Of a stretch of 36,334 nucleotides of DNA, positions 10,880 through 21,824 are shown piece by piece (position 1 is the first letter of the stretch; each line of letters starts with the position of its first letter). The notes under the pieces were generated by a model. It saw only the letters and a list, made by a program, of their open reading frames with translations. It had not been told where the DNA came from and ran no database searches. Made by a program: the position numbers and the translations under genes. The stretch is from Octopus bimaculoides (taxonomy: Eukaryota): assembly GCF_001194135.2 (NCBI RefSeq), contig NC_068987.1:58593306-58629639 (forward strand), written 5' to 3'.

Positions 10880-11050
10880 CAAAATACTTAGCGGTATTTA
10901 GCCCTTCTTTACGTTCTGAGTTCAAATTCCGCAGAGACTTTTCCTTTCATCCTTTCGAGGTCAATAAAATAAGTAGCAGTTGAACACTGGAGTTGATGTA
11001 ATCGACTTAGCCCCACCCGCGAAATTGCTGGCCTTCTGCCAAAATTTCAA
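10880..11050 (+). mobile_element. SINE family A, 5'-truncated
   Basis: B-box GAGTTCAAATTCC at 10918-10930, then CCTTTCATCCTTTCGAGGTCAATAAAATAAGTAGCAG and a 3' end GGCCTTCTGCCAAAATTTCAAA. Confidence 0.85.
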
Positions 11051-11364
11051 ATCAATATAATAGGAAGTGGGGTTTGTAACTCCTAGAATTTTTGTCTTCT
11101 GTGTGTTTGATGCATGTTTATGTTGCTGAGTATGACACTTAGTTGTATTTCATGTTCTATTTTGTTGCTAGTGCGAAAAAAGACTGTATTTTGTGGATGC
11201 TACATTAAGTCCGGTGTTTTTGAGCCAAACTTCAAAATGATTTGAGTGGTGTTGGAGTAACTCGGCAGCATTCTTTAGAAAATGTTGGGATATGAGTGTG
11301 ATGATATCGGCTGCCTGCATGAGGATGTTTTTATATTTTGAAGGTGTGAGGAGGTTGTCAAGCC

Positions 11365-11660
11365 TTAGGTTGAAAAAGGTGGATATGAGAACAGATCCGT
11401 TACACCGTTCGAGATATTGCAGGTCCTGATAGTGTTGTTTTTATGCACAGCATAGACTTCGAGGCCTGGGTGGTAGCTTGTTAGCCAGTGTTTTGTGTTG
11501 TTTCTTAAGCTTGTGTTGAGTATTTTCATGAGTGGATAGTGCGAATTGATTTGAAAGCTTTGTTGATGCTGATGGTATATGAAATGGTATGCGTGAACAG
11601 ATTTTGTTGCTGATGCCAACATATATATCTTGTGCTGAATTTGTAGGAAGTGGACTGATA
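11365..11660 (-). pseudogene. Possible LINE ORF2 C-terminal remnant with eroded CCHC finger
   Basis: The ORF-track peptide SLRNNTKHWLTSYHP..RTCNISN..TDLFSYP resembles the LRSG..L.SY..CP.C..HLF.CP pattern. Weak. Confidence 0.3.
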
Positions 11661-11677
11661 TAATCCTTGCTGGGAAG

Positions 11678-12060
11678 TGGGAGAGTTTGAAAGTGCTAAG
11701 ACTCATTAGATGGAGAGAAGATGGAGGATGCGTGCAAGGATTATATAAGGAAAACCCTTGAAAAGCAGCGTTTAAGCTTTGGTAGTGAGAGCTATACCAA
11801 CGTCAGACTGGTCAACACTGCATAATCCGAAAGATCTCCATCAAAAGTCAAAACCCGATTGTGCAACGGCTAAGGGTTCAAAGGTCTGCTGCTCTTTAAT
11901 ATTCTGAAAGATAAGGAGAAATCTGCATGGAGTAAATGCATATGTATTCAAGAAGCAATTGGATACCCTACTATCTGCGATCTTGATGCGCCAATGTCAT
12001 GACATGAAACGCATCTGAGAGCAATAACATCAAACACTCATTCACGAACAGCTAACTACA
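11678..12060 (+). mobile_element. CR1-like LINE, 3' fragment of ORF2
   Basis: Frameshifted translation WESLKVLRL..ERR..YIRKTLE..SFGSESYTNVR..KTRLCNG*GFKGLLLFNIL..NLHGVNAYVFKKQLDTLLSAI matches the C-terminal pattern of CR1-clade ORF2. Confidence 0.65.
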
Positions 12061-12075
12061 CAATGAATGTGTAGT

Positions 12076-12197
12076 GGCGCGAAATTATGGCCGCCATTAA
12101 GGAAGTACAATCTACTCATGCGCAAGGGACTTGCCTTCCCGGAAGCCCCTCGAGTGCGCATGCGTAGTAAAACCAGTACTTAAAGCGCTTCGCGCGC
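12076..12197. promoter_or_regulatory. CpG-rich housekeeping-type promoter motif cluster (E2F, YY1, NRF1, ETS)
   Basis: GGCGCGAAA (E2F) 12076-12084; GCCGCCATT (YY1) 12090-12098; CATGCGCA 12117-12124 and TGCGCATGCG 12155-12164 (NRF1-type); CCGGAAG (ETS) 12139-12145; TTCGCGCGC (E2F-like) 12189-12197. The surrounding DNA is CpG-poor. Confidence 0.6.
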
Positions 12198-13019
12198 TTT
12201 CTAAACCTCTTTAGCATGCTGCCTTCTGTGTGACATCAACTTGCTCCTCAACGAAGCTCTTAATATCCAGATGCCGATTACAAGTTAACCAGCTCACAGG
12301 CTAAATGACACAGGATTTGTAAAACCAAGCATCACCAAAAAATAAAACTTATTTTTATTATGTTGTTAATTGTTCTACTGTTTCTTAATATATAATTTTG
12401 TTGAAAGGTGATAGAGAGAGGCTAATGTCTTTATTGTTACTATCAACCTTTTACAAATGCCTAAAAAACAATAGTACTTTCAAAGGCTGTGCTCCAGTAT
12501 GGTTGCAGCCCTATTGATGGAACTAGTAAATGATCAATAAAATATATAAGATAAAAATATTAAATATTATATAAGATTTTAATTCTTCGTGGTTATGAAG
12601 CGAATGTCATTTATCTCCCCCTTGATCTCTGACATCATCTGACAAATGTCACCAAAATGGCGTGAATCAGCCAAAGTTTACCCTGCTAGAAATAGCAACC
12701 CAAATGCTTTTAAATCAGACCCCAATGCTGGATTTCAAGAACCAAATGAAGGGCAGATTTTCAATCCTGGAATCATCCTGATTCCAAAAAGGTATAATAT
12801 GTCTATGTAGAGTAAATGTAGACTGAGATACAGGGGTCCCAGATGGACAGACAGAATTTCGCTTTTATTATCATAAATGTATATAAAAGTAACAGCTAAC
12901 ACCAGAATAGGGCTATGGCCCATCAGTCCAGAAGTTCTCTTGTTTGTGTTTTTAGGCAGGTTTACCATCCATCTCTAGCTTGTTAGGCATGTTGTGATTT
13001 TACCATATTAATCATTTTT

Positions 13020-13131
13020 GCTAGTTGAGTGGACTGGAGCAATGTGAAACAGGGTGTTTTGCTGAAGAGCACAAAGCATCGCCCAGTCTAGGAAATGAAA
13101 CCACTATCTTACAATTATGAGTCTCACACCA
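13020..13131 (-). mobile_element. tRNA-derived SINE family B fragment
   Basis: GAGTGGACTGGAGCAATGTGAAA..GTGTTTTGCT..GGAAATGAAACCAC..ATGAGT is shared with 25445-25564 and 26960-27082. Confidence 0.7.
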
Positions 13132-13582
13132 CAAAGTCACGTGCTTCCATGTGTTTAAAAGTAAATATTTTATTGTTAAATAAAACTGATTTGTTTTATC
13201 TATTTAGCTGTTTGTGTTTTAGACAGGCTAGTTTGATATTAAGGTTAATAAATACTGATTATGGATGTCAATTGAAATTGTCTAGGGTGTCATTTGAGGT
13301 TGCTAAAGTAATGTATGAGTCAATGAAGGAGCCATTACAAGGTCAGGTCTCTTTGCTAGCTTGAACAGCAGCCAAGTCTCCCCCAAATCGCACTATGTTG
13401 CCTTAATCCATTACCTATCCAATTCATTTTCATAAGCTTATTCTAAACATCCATGCCTATTTCTAGATTTTTAGTTAGTCCTTATTTCATACATTCTGAA
13501 TAATATAAAGCTTCTTTTCATAAGTCCTACTCTGGTGGTTGAAGAAAAATATTGGAAATGTTTATCAATTATGATGTATATT

Positions 13583-13712
13583 TACCAGTGAAATATGCCC
13601 CATGTATTACATGTGATGTTCACCAGTGAAATATGTGAAACACAGGACATGAACAGTGAAATTACATGTGATGTTCACAGGTGAAATATGTGATGCACAG
13701 GACATGCACAGG
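13583..13712. repeat. Tandem repeat, period ~55 bp (about 2.3 copies)
   Basis: ATTACATGTGATGTTCAC..GTGAAATATGTGA..CACAGGACATG starts at 13606 and 13661. Confidence 0.8.
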
Positions 13713-13877
13713 GTTGAAGAGAAGAGCTACATTAAGGCACTAGTATACAAAAAGAAGATTACTACTGAAATACTTTTGATAGTACATCTGCTCGATTAGA
13801 GTTAAAACTAGAACTAAACAGCAACAACAACAACCACAACATCTATAACGATATATTTGTGACTTAGTAAATGACAT

Positions 13878-13908
<31 letters not shown>

Positions 13909-14497
13909 ATATATATATATATATNNNNNNNNNNNNNNNNNNNNNNNNNNNNNNNNNNNNNNNNNNNNNNNNNNNNNNNNNNNNNNNNNNNNNNNNNNNN
14001 NNNNNNNNNNNNNNNNNNNNNNNNNNNNNNNNNNNNNNNNNNNNNNNNNNNNNNNNNNNNNNNNNNNNNNNNNNNNNNNNNNNNNNNNNNNNNNNNNNNN
14101 NNNNNNNNNNNNNNNNNNNNNNNNNNNNNNNNNNNNNNNNNNNNNNNNNNNNNNNNNNNNNNNNNNNNNNNNNNNNNNNNNNNNNNNNNNNNNNNNNNNN
14201 NNNNNNNNNNNNNNNNNNNNNNNNNNNNNNNNNNNNNNNNNNNNNNNNNNNNNNNNNNNNNNNNNNNNNNNNNNNNNNNNNNNNNNNNNNNNNNNNNNNN
14301 NNNNNNNNNNNNNNNNNNNNNNNNNNNNNNNNNNNNNNNNNNNNNNNNNNNNNNNNNNNNNNNNNNNNNNNNNNNNNNNNNNNNNNNNNNNNNNNNNNNN
14401 NNNNNNNNNNNNNNNNNNNNNNNNNNNNNNNNNNNNNNNNNNNNNNNNNNNNNNNNNNNNNNNNNNNNNNNNNNNNNNNNNNNNNTGTGTGTGTGTG

Positions 14498-14532
<35 letters not shown>

Positions 14533-14589
14533 GTAAAAGATTATAACTGATTTTCTCCAAACTGGAAATATACATTACTTATATTCCAG

Positions 14590-14720
14590 AGATGGTTTTA
14601 CACTCCTAAAATTTTTCACATAATGAGTAACGGGTCCTCTGGAAGCAGAAAATACTCGTTCCTGTGTTATGTGGAGAAGGGAGGTAACTCTTTGCGAAAT
14701 AACTTTCACACTCAAATTCA
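14590..14720 (+). CDS. Candidate 131-nt internal exon (RWFYTPKIFHIMSNGSSGSRKYSFLCYVEKGGNSLRNNFHTQI)
   Basis: Acceptor TATTCCAG ends at 14589, donor GTAAGT starts at 14721, and the frame is open throughout. No recognised homology. Confidence 0.3.
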
Positions 14721-15246
14721 GTAAGTGACAAACTAATTGTATGAATGGGTTTTACTTGATCAGTATTGCAATGTAACGGCGTTGTCATCAATTAAAAGGT
14801 TGTTGAAATGAATCGATATGAATGACTCCATAAAATAAGATGAGTAGTGTTAGATTCTGTCCAGTTGGACAGGTGTTGTTGAATGGGAAACAACCGTACA
14901 CCATACAGGGTGTTTGGGAAAGAACGATGGAAGCACAATATTAAATGTTAATGTAAGGGTTAATATCTCGGTTTGTTTTTGTAAACACTAGATAACCTGA
15001 AAAGGTTATAGATGAAGTGGAAACGCATAAATCAAAACATGCTAAAACCATGCGTTAAATTTACAATACTATAATAGAAATTATCATTGTATGAAGAGCA
15101 GATACACAGCAAAATTTACCTGTTATTCATGCAATGGTGTTTGAAGTATTTAATTCCTAAATAATCCTGGTCTCCTACACCAACATATGTACAATCCTGA
15201 ACATTAACTTACTGATATTTTTGTGCAAAAAAAAATTAGAGGATAA

Positions 15247-15459
15247 GACAGTACTCATGATGTATTACTGGGTCTCAGAGATTGGGGGAGGGAGTGTGGA
15301 AAATATCCTCAAGCTGGAGATCTGACCAGAATACTTGCAACAGAGTGGACTCTACTAAAGTCACCTAAAGTGACAGGTGATGGTGTTAAAGCGAGCAACA
15401 GTCTAAGTCTACCACCCAACACAGAAAAAGATAATACTTCATTGATGACTTCAGAATAA
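15247..15459 (+). CDS. 70-codon open frame resembling the end of a death-fold domain plus C-terminal tail
   Basis: DSTHDVLLGLRDWGRECGKYPQAGDLTRILATEWTLLKSPK...NTSLMTSE*. The L..L..W...G....gdL..iL pattern recalls death-domain helices 5-6. No ATG; weak acceptors only. Confidence 0.3.
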   Translation, partial: DSTHDVLLGLRDWGRECGKYPQAGDLTRILATEWTLLKSPKVTGDGVKASNSLSLPPNTEKDNTSLMTSE

Positions 15460-17460
15460 GGCTTTAATGTTTGGAGTTATCTCTCATACTTATCAGGAAT
15501 AAGATGTTATGATATTACTTATTAACTTAGAATATTTTTTCTTGACACTTATTTATTCCTAGTTAAGTGTTTAACACAATTTACATTAAATATTTTAGCA
15601 CTAATTTGTCTATGCCCCCCCCTCCAACACACACACTCCACCACCAATCAAATGTAGGATAGGTAAAAAAAGATAAGATCAATTGAGACTTAATATACAA
15701 TAAGAAAATATGTATAAGAGACAGCATTATCTACAAGCAAATATTTAATGCTGTTATGTATTATGGTTTAGAAAAAATGGAGATAAACAAAGAACTAAAT
15801 GTAATTATTATGAATAGCATGAATTGTAGTCACACATGAGTTTCCAGAATTTTTTTGAAAGCTGGCAATTTTTCCTTCCATTAAAGTATAAAGTAATTTG
15901 CTTTATAGTTAATAAAAGCTAATCATACAAGCATAACGAATTTGGAACTGAAGATGAAAAAATTTTAGTAAAAACAAGTAAATATATTATAATGGTGAAG
16001 TAAAAGTACATCTTAAAATATATAAAATAGACGTATCAGACTTGCACTTGTTTAGCAAATGACTTTATCTGAGACCATGTGTAGAAACTGAAGCAATTAT
16101 ATTGCGAAAGTGCCATCATAGCCAATTAACAATACAATAATAATTTAGTGTTTATTCCCAAAAGTGTCAGAATTTTCGTTGCATATCTGTGACCCATGCT
16201 GACACAACTCCAGTAACAAAGTGGTAATTGTGAGATGAAAATTTCTCAATCTCAAAAATTAAGTTAAAGGTCAACAGAACAGATTTTGTGTGAGTTTAAA
16301 AACAAAACTCCTTTTGGTTTTACAAACCAGGTTAATTTCATATCTTTTCCCAGACACACTGTATCTAGGACTACATTACCTAATGTGTCCAGTCTTATCT
16401 AAAATGATAGTGTCTGATTTGAGGGAATTTTTTTGTTTGCTATATCTAGCAGGTCACGTGCTTTGTTAATAACATTGTTATTGGTCTTATTTAACTACAA
16501 GTCAGACGGAATCTAAGAGTTGTATGATAAATCTGTATAATTGACATTTTGCTTCATTCTTGAGATATGAAATTATTTGTCACACATTTACCACTTGGTC
16601 ACAGATATTGTGTCCAGTATTGGTCACAGTTGTGTGATGAAAATTCTGACATCTATAAAAATGAACATGAAAGTAAATATAATTGCTAGTTGTATTGCTA
16701 AACAGTTATGATGGCATTTCCCCGATATAATTACTTCAGCTACAACACATGGTCAGATATAGTCACTTGCTAAACATGTACAAGTCTGATACCTCTGGGG
16801 GTTTTTTTTATATGTATTTTTAAGATGTACTTTTTCTTCACAATAGAATATATTTGCCTGGCTTTACAAATTTATTTCTTATCTTTAGTTTGAAATTTGC
16901 TATGCTTGTATGATTAGTTTTTATTAAAGTAAATTACTTCACATTTCAATGGAAGTAAAAATTGCTAGCTTTCAAAAAGTTCTGGAGACTCTTCATGTGT
17001 GACTACAATTCATACTATCTGTTATAATTACATTCAGCATTTGGTTTACTTCCATATTTTCTATGCTGAAATACATTACAGCATTTAAATATTTGTTTAT
17101 AGACAATACTGTGTTTTAAGTGTATTTTCTTACGGTATTTTAAAGCTTAATTGATCTTATCTTTTTTTTTACCTATCCTACATCTGATAAGTACATTTTC
17201 AGCATCAGTAATAGATTAAAATTGCTTTAATATGTGGTTGGTGGGTGGGGGTGGATAAATTAGTGTTAAGATATTTAATGTAAACTGTGTTAAAAACCTA
17301 CTTAGGAATAAATATGCAACAAGAAAAAATATTATTAGTCAATAAGTAATATTATTCTCATTGTTTCTGGCAAGTATAAGAGATAATACCAAACATTTAA
17401 GCCTTATTCTGAAGTCATCAGAGAAGTATTGCCTTTTTCTGTTTTGGATGGTAGACTTAA
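15403..17460. repeat. Large diverged inverted duplication (arms ~15403-16295 and ~16525-17460)
   Basis: Colinear reverse-complement anchors include 15403-15465 vs 17398-17460 and ATGTAGGATAGGTAAAAAAAGATAAGATCAATT (15652-15684) vs 17149-17183. Further anchors: GAATTGTAGTCACACATGA and TATCAGACTTG..TTTAGCAA.TGACT. Confidence 0.9.
16335..16460. repeat. Interspersed-repeat fragment in the spacer of the large inverted duplication
   Basis: GTCTGATTT..TTGCTATATCTAGCAGG (~16413-16454) resembles the reverse complement of 12684-12722 (CCCTGCTAGAAATAGCAA..AAATCAGAC). Confidence 0.5.
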
Positions 17461-19489
17461 TCCACAGTTTAGAACAGTGCTGATACGATTATACCCGCTG
17501 TCATCAAACCTCCTATTATAATAGTATTACAATTTCTCATGTCTTAGGGAGCTTTTTGCAGAATATGTAAGTAGTTACCTCCTCTGTTGTGGGAGTGATT
17601 CCTTTCTCTGCTACTGGAAAGAAATCACTTCATGCTTTGTGTTACTCCTGACGCAATTCTCTATTGAATATATACAGCTGAAATGTCAAGGCAGATGCTT
17701 AGTCATTGACTGCCAAGGCATGTAGAGTGGTGCTGTTGATGTAGGTCACTTGCATGTTGCTACAGAAAACAAAGATGAAAAGGTTGCCTTTATTCTGTTC
17801 GCCAATTCACGTATCGAGACAATGTTGACGATATTGTTAGTTGGTATCAGAACAAGTTGCATTCTTTGGAACATGTAAAAGAAAATCTGTTTCATTGAGG
17901 TGGCCTCTAAATCAAGGATCTCCCACCCAATGGGCTGCAGACAAGTACTGGACCACACAGAAAGAATAAATTTTAAAATTTTATTGTTATTTTGTTGACT
18001 ATCATAGTTTTCAGGCTGATTTGAATTATATATGCAATGTATATGTAATGGTTAAGTATTATATGTGTAATATCTGAATTATATAATATGCACTTCATTG
18101 TGTTTTGTTATGTGCATGAGTAAATTGTCTGTGGAAGAAATGTCTTGCATGAAACCAATCTGTGGTGCAAAAACAGTTTAGAGGCCTCTGCTCTAAATTA
18201 TTTCCACTGAACAGCAGTCACATTTTCTGTTGCATCTCAGACAATTTATGATCGCCAAACGCTGTTTAAATCTGAAACTGCTGTAATTATTCTTGGTCTG
18301 ATGGCGAAGACATAGATATGAATTGTTTAGATTTATGTAGATCTCATTTTGATGTTGAGTAATAAGAAGAGCTTTCAATTCTTGCATTACTTAATTCTGA
18401 GGTGATCTATTAGAATAGGTGAAGTGTACAACTTCGGACCATATGATTCATGCAAAACTGAGAGCTAGGCTGTTAGGCTGGAACCAATGCAGCTTTAGAT
18501 AGTGGTTGACTGAAAATCTTACATCATCTAAGATATCATGTGATAACTGTAAGTTACAAAATAAATCTGAAATATTCCATAGCTCTTATTCGAAACCATT
18601 CATATAGAGCAATGTTGAAAATATTGATGAATTGATAAATAAGTGCTGCCTAATCATGTCAAAAAGTACCTATAAGCATGTGCTGCTTAGTTCAATCACT
18701 TCAAGTGAGTTTGAAAATGTTCATTGTTCAATCGTTTCAAAATGCACTTGTAAAAAACATGCAAGATAGAATCACAAAGAGGTTGTCAATGTAGAAAATA
18801 AGGATGCACAAAAATGACAATAATAATTTTGCTTTTTTTTCGACTTACTACCAGTTGTGTGCACTACTTCTAGTTTTGTATTGCTATAATTCAAAGTAGT
18901 TAAACAACATGTGTTATTCCAAAGGTTAGTGAAGTACAGGTTTGAATTAGACAGAAATGCATTCAGGGAAACATAATTTTAAAATTACAACAATAATAAA
19001 AGTAAAGTTTTCATAAATGTTGCATAGAAAATGTTTATTCATATGTTCTTGTTTGCAAAGGCAAATACATAATTCAATGTGGCAGGTATAACGTTAAATA
19101 TATGTTCTTAAATTGAAGTTTCTTTTGAGTCACACATGGTAAAAGAGGATATTGCTGAACTAAGCCAAAAAGAAAATAACATATGTGGTATACAGGAATG
19201 ACAGAAAATGATGTATGGTGAATTGATTACTCGGTCAACTAGAATATCTTATAACTTATGATTAGCAGAAATGACCATTTCGTGCAAAGAAAGAGATATA
19301 TTCTTTTGGTTTCTGTGGCTCTGACCTCTGCCGAGTAAAAATAAAAGTGAAACAATAAGGGTTCTGTTTGTTTAGCCAGTAAGGGTGAAATATATTGATC
19401 ACTACAAATGAAATACAGAGAATAACTAAACTCCAACTTTTGTTACTTTAAACAGCTATATTATGAATCTATGCCAGGATAAAACAAAC

Positions 19490-19872
19490 ATGGCCAGTAA
19501 TAAAGTTACAGGGAAAAAAGTCATAGAAAAAAGGTACAATTTTGGCTAGGAAAAAAACTCACAATTAATTTATGGTGGCCAGTAATAAACAGAAAAAAAG
19601 TCACAGAAAAAAGTCACAATTTTGGAAAGAAAGTCAGGTAATCAAACAAAAATATTCAAGTCAGTCACAATTTATTAAAGTACCATAAACAATTAAAGTA
19701 ATAAAACAGAAAAATATTTAAAATCAGTTATTAACTGACAATACATGACTTGTACATATTGACAACACTATTTATATATGATGGCATTGCATGTGATTTT
19801 CTTTCCTGTAACTTTTTTTCCATGAAGTTTTTTCTTGTGACATTTTTGCCAGTGACTTTTTTACTTGGATTC
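19490..19872. mobile_element. Non-autonomous TIR element with tandem subterminal repeats (Mutator/foldback-like), degenerate
   Basis: Multiple AAAAAAGTCACAG-like units at 19500-19640 are mirrored by TGTGACTTTTTT-like units at 19795-19865. No TSD identified. Confidence 0.5.
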
Positions 19873-20965
19873 AAAACAAAAATACTAAATTATTGATAAT
19901 GCAGACTGAGTTATATTATAATCGATAATAACCAAGTTATGAACCTACTCCAGGACAAGACAAATGTACAGTTATCATCAGTAAAGTTAATTCCACTAAT
20001 AGAAACTGAACTCAGTACAGCAAGCAGTGAAGTCAGTTATCAAGTATACCCAGCTACCACTGACAGTATGGTTAGTTATAATTTACACCTGCAGTGTATC
20101 TATCTCAGAGACAACTGAATTGAATAATTGGGAGCAAGATATAATGAATATGAATTTAATCATAGCTCTTTGGTGGTTATTTCAGGAACATGGACCACAT
20201 TTGTCTTCAGGCATGGTAGATCCTCCATCGATTTTGACGATAGAAATACAGTCATTTAGTTTAGTTGCAGCCTGGATGTTGAACGAACAACAATGTTCAC
20301 TTTGAAGTAGTACTGTTTGGATTTTCCTTTCTATCATGGAGAGTTGCAGTTTAAACAGCATTAATAGTTATCACAACTTATGTGTTGAAAAATTATTCTG
20401 GTTTTTATAACCAGACTGAAGATTTGTTTGATTTGACAGCACTCACAATATATCTGAAAAAAATTTTAGTTTGGTTATTATAACAAATTCGTAAACTTGG
20501 CGAAGTAGAAATCCTCAGCAGAAAAATTTACCCATGAATACGGTGTTGAATATAATTTCACTATGGAAACAAAAAGTTAAGGGCGATTTAGCTATTGTTT
20601 TTAGCACATCTCCACCATTGGGATCCTTTTTAAAATGTTTTTCTATTACTCAAACGAAAAATAAATGACTCAAAAATTTTTTTCCTCAAAATTTTATCTT
20701 GTGAATTTTCTGAAATTCCTCTCCCCATCTCCTTGTTCGTTGGCACAAATTTTTGTTTTCATATTCATTTAATACACATTTTTTACACCCATAACACCTT
20801 TATTTATTATTTTTTTTTCTGTTATGGTAGCCGGATGTTAAAGTAAACACGAACTATTTGAGTAATATTTACTTTAAGGTAAACATCAACCATAAATTTT
20901 TGCTAAATTGGTGAGTTTCCGACACTGGAATATTTCTTTTCGAAATATTCCCTAAAATAAAATTT

Positions 20966-21824
20966 AGGATATTTCTGATTTGGCGGGCGCCACTTTTTAT
21001 TTATGTTTTATTTAGTGTGTTTTCTACCGAAACACTTTAAAACTTCATATACTTGTATATTTTGTCTTATAGAACAGAAAAAAATTTTATATCCAAAGTT
21101 ATTTCATGTTAAAAGTTGTCGTATTTTGGTAATTTCAACCAATCACTGACGTCTATTGAGGTGAAAACAATTACTGCTGTGGAATGTAAACAATACATTC
21201 TAGCAGTGTATGGGATCTTTTCCCTTGAATAAAATTAGTGCCTTTGTTTGTCAACAACAACTATCGGTGGTACTGTTATTTATGACATCGTTCGTGCGTT
21301 TGTACTGGTTTTAGGTTTAGGGTTTTAGGTTTAGGGTTCGGGTATTAGAGCTAGGGTTAGGGTTAGGGTTTTAAGGTTAGGGTTAGAGTTTTAGGGTTAG
21401 GGTTAGGGTTATGAGTATTTTTGCCAAACCCTAACCCTAACTCTAAAACCCGAGCCCTAACCCTAAAACCCTAAAGCTAAAACCAGTACAAACGCACGAA
21501 CGATGTCAAAAATAACAGTACCGCCGATAGTTGTTATTGACAAACAACGGCACTAATTTTATTCAAGGGAAAATATCCCATTACACCGCACAACGTGTTG
21601 TTTACATTCTACAGCAGTAATTGTTTTCACCTCAATAGACGTCAGTGATTGGTTAAAATTACAGAAATACCACAATTTTAACACGAAATAACTTTAAAAA
21701 GATAAATTTTTCTCAATAACACTAAGAGTAAAAGATGTTTTATATGACACATTCTACCAGTGTCCCAAGTTTGAAAGTGTTTCGTTTAGAAAACAAGTGG
21801 CGCCTGCCAAATCAGAAAGATCCC
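20966..21824. mobile_element. Foldback/MITE-like element with ~340-bp inverted arms and a central (TTAGGG)n-(CCCTAA)n core
   Basis: Terminal 29 nt match 26/29 (20966-20994 vs reverse complement of 21796-21824) and the arms align throughout. TTAGGG-variant array at 21308-21410, 15-nt spacer, CCCTAA-variant array at 21426-21484. Flanks are ATTT and AATT. Confidence 0.9.

Noticed and set aside
12646-12810. 54-codon ATG ORF (MSPKWRES..) as first coding exon downstream of the promoter
   Set aside because: It overlaps a repeat fragment shared with 16413-16454. The donor is weak (GTATAA) and its phase does not join the 14590 exon in an open frame.
16373-16386. ACATTA-CC-TAATGT mini-hairpin as the exact centre of a spacer-less 2-kb palindrome
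   Set aside because: It lies within an apparent interspersed-repeat fragment, and arm homology is convincing only out to ~16295 and ~16525.
21308-21484. Authentic chromosome end-to-end fusion site
   Set aside because: Not excluded, but disfavoured. The arrays are short, their variant pattern is mirrored, the arms end sharply in paired termini and a related element occurs 14 kb away.
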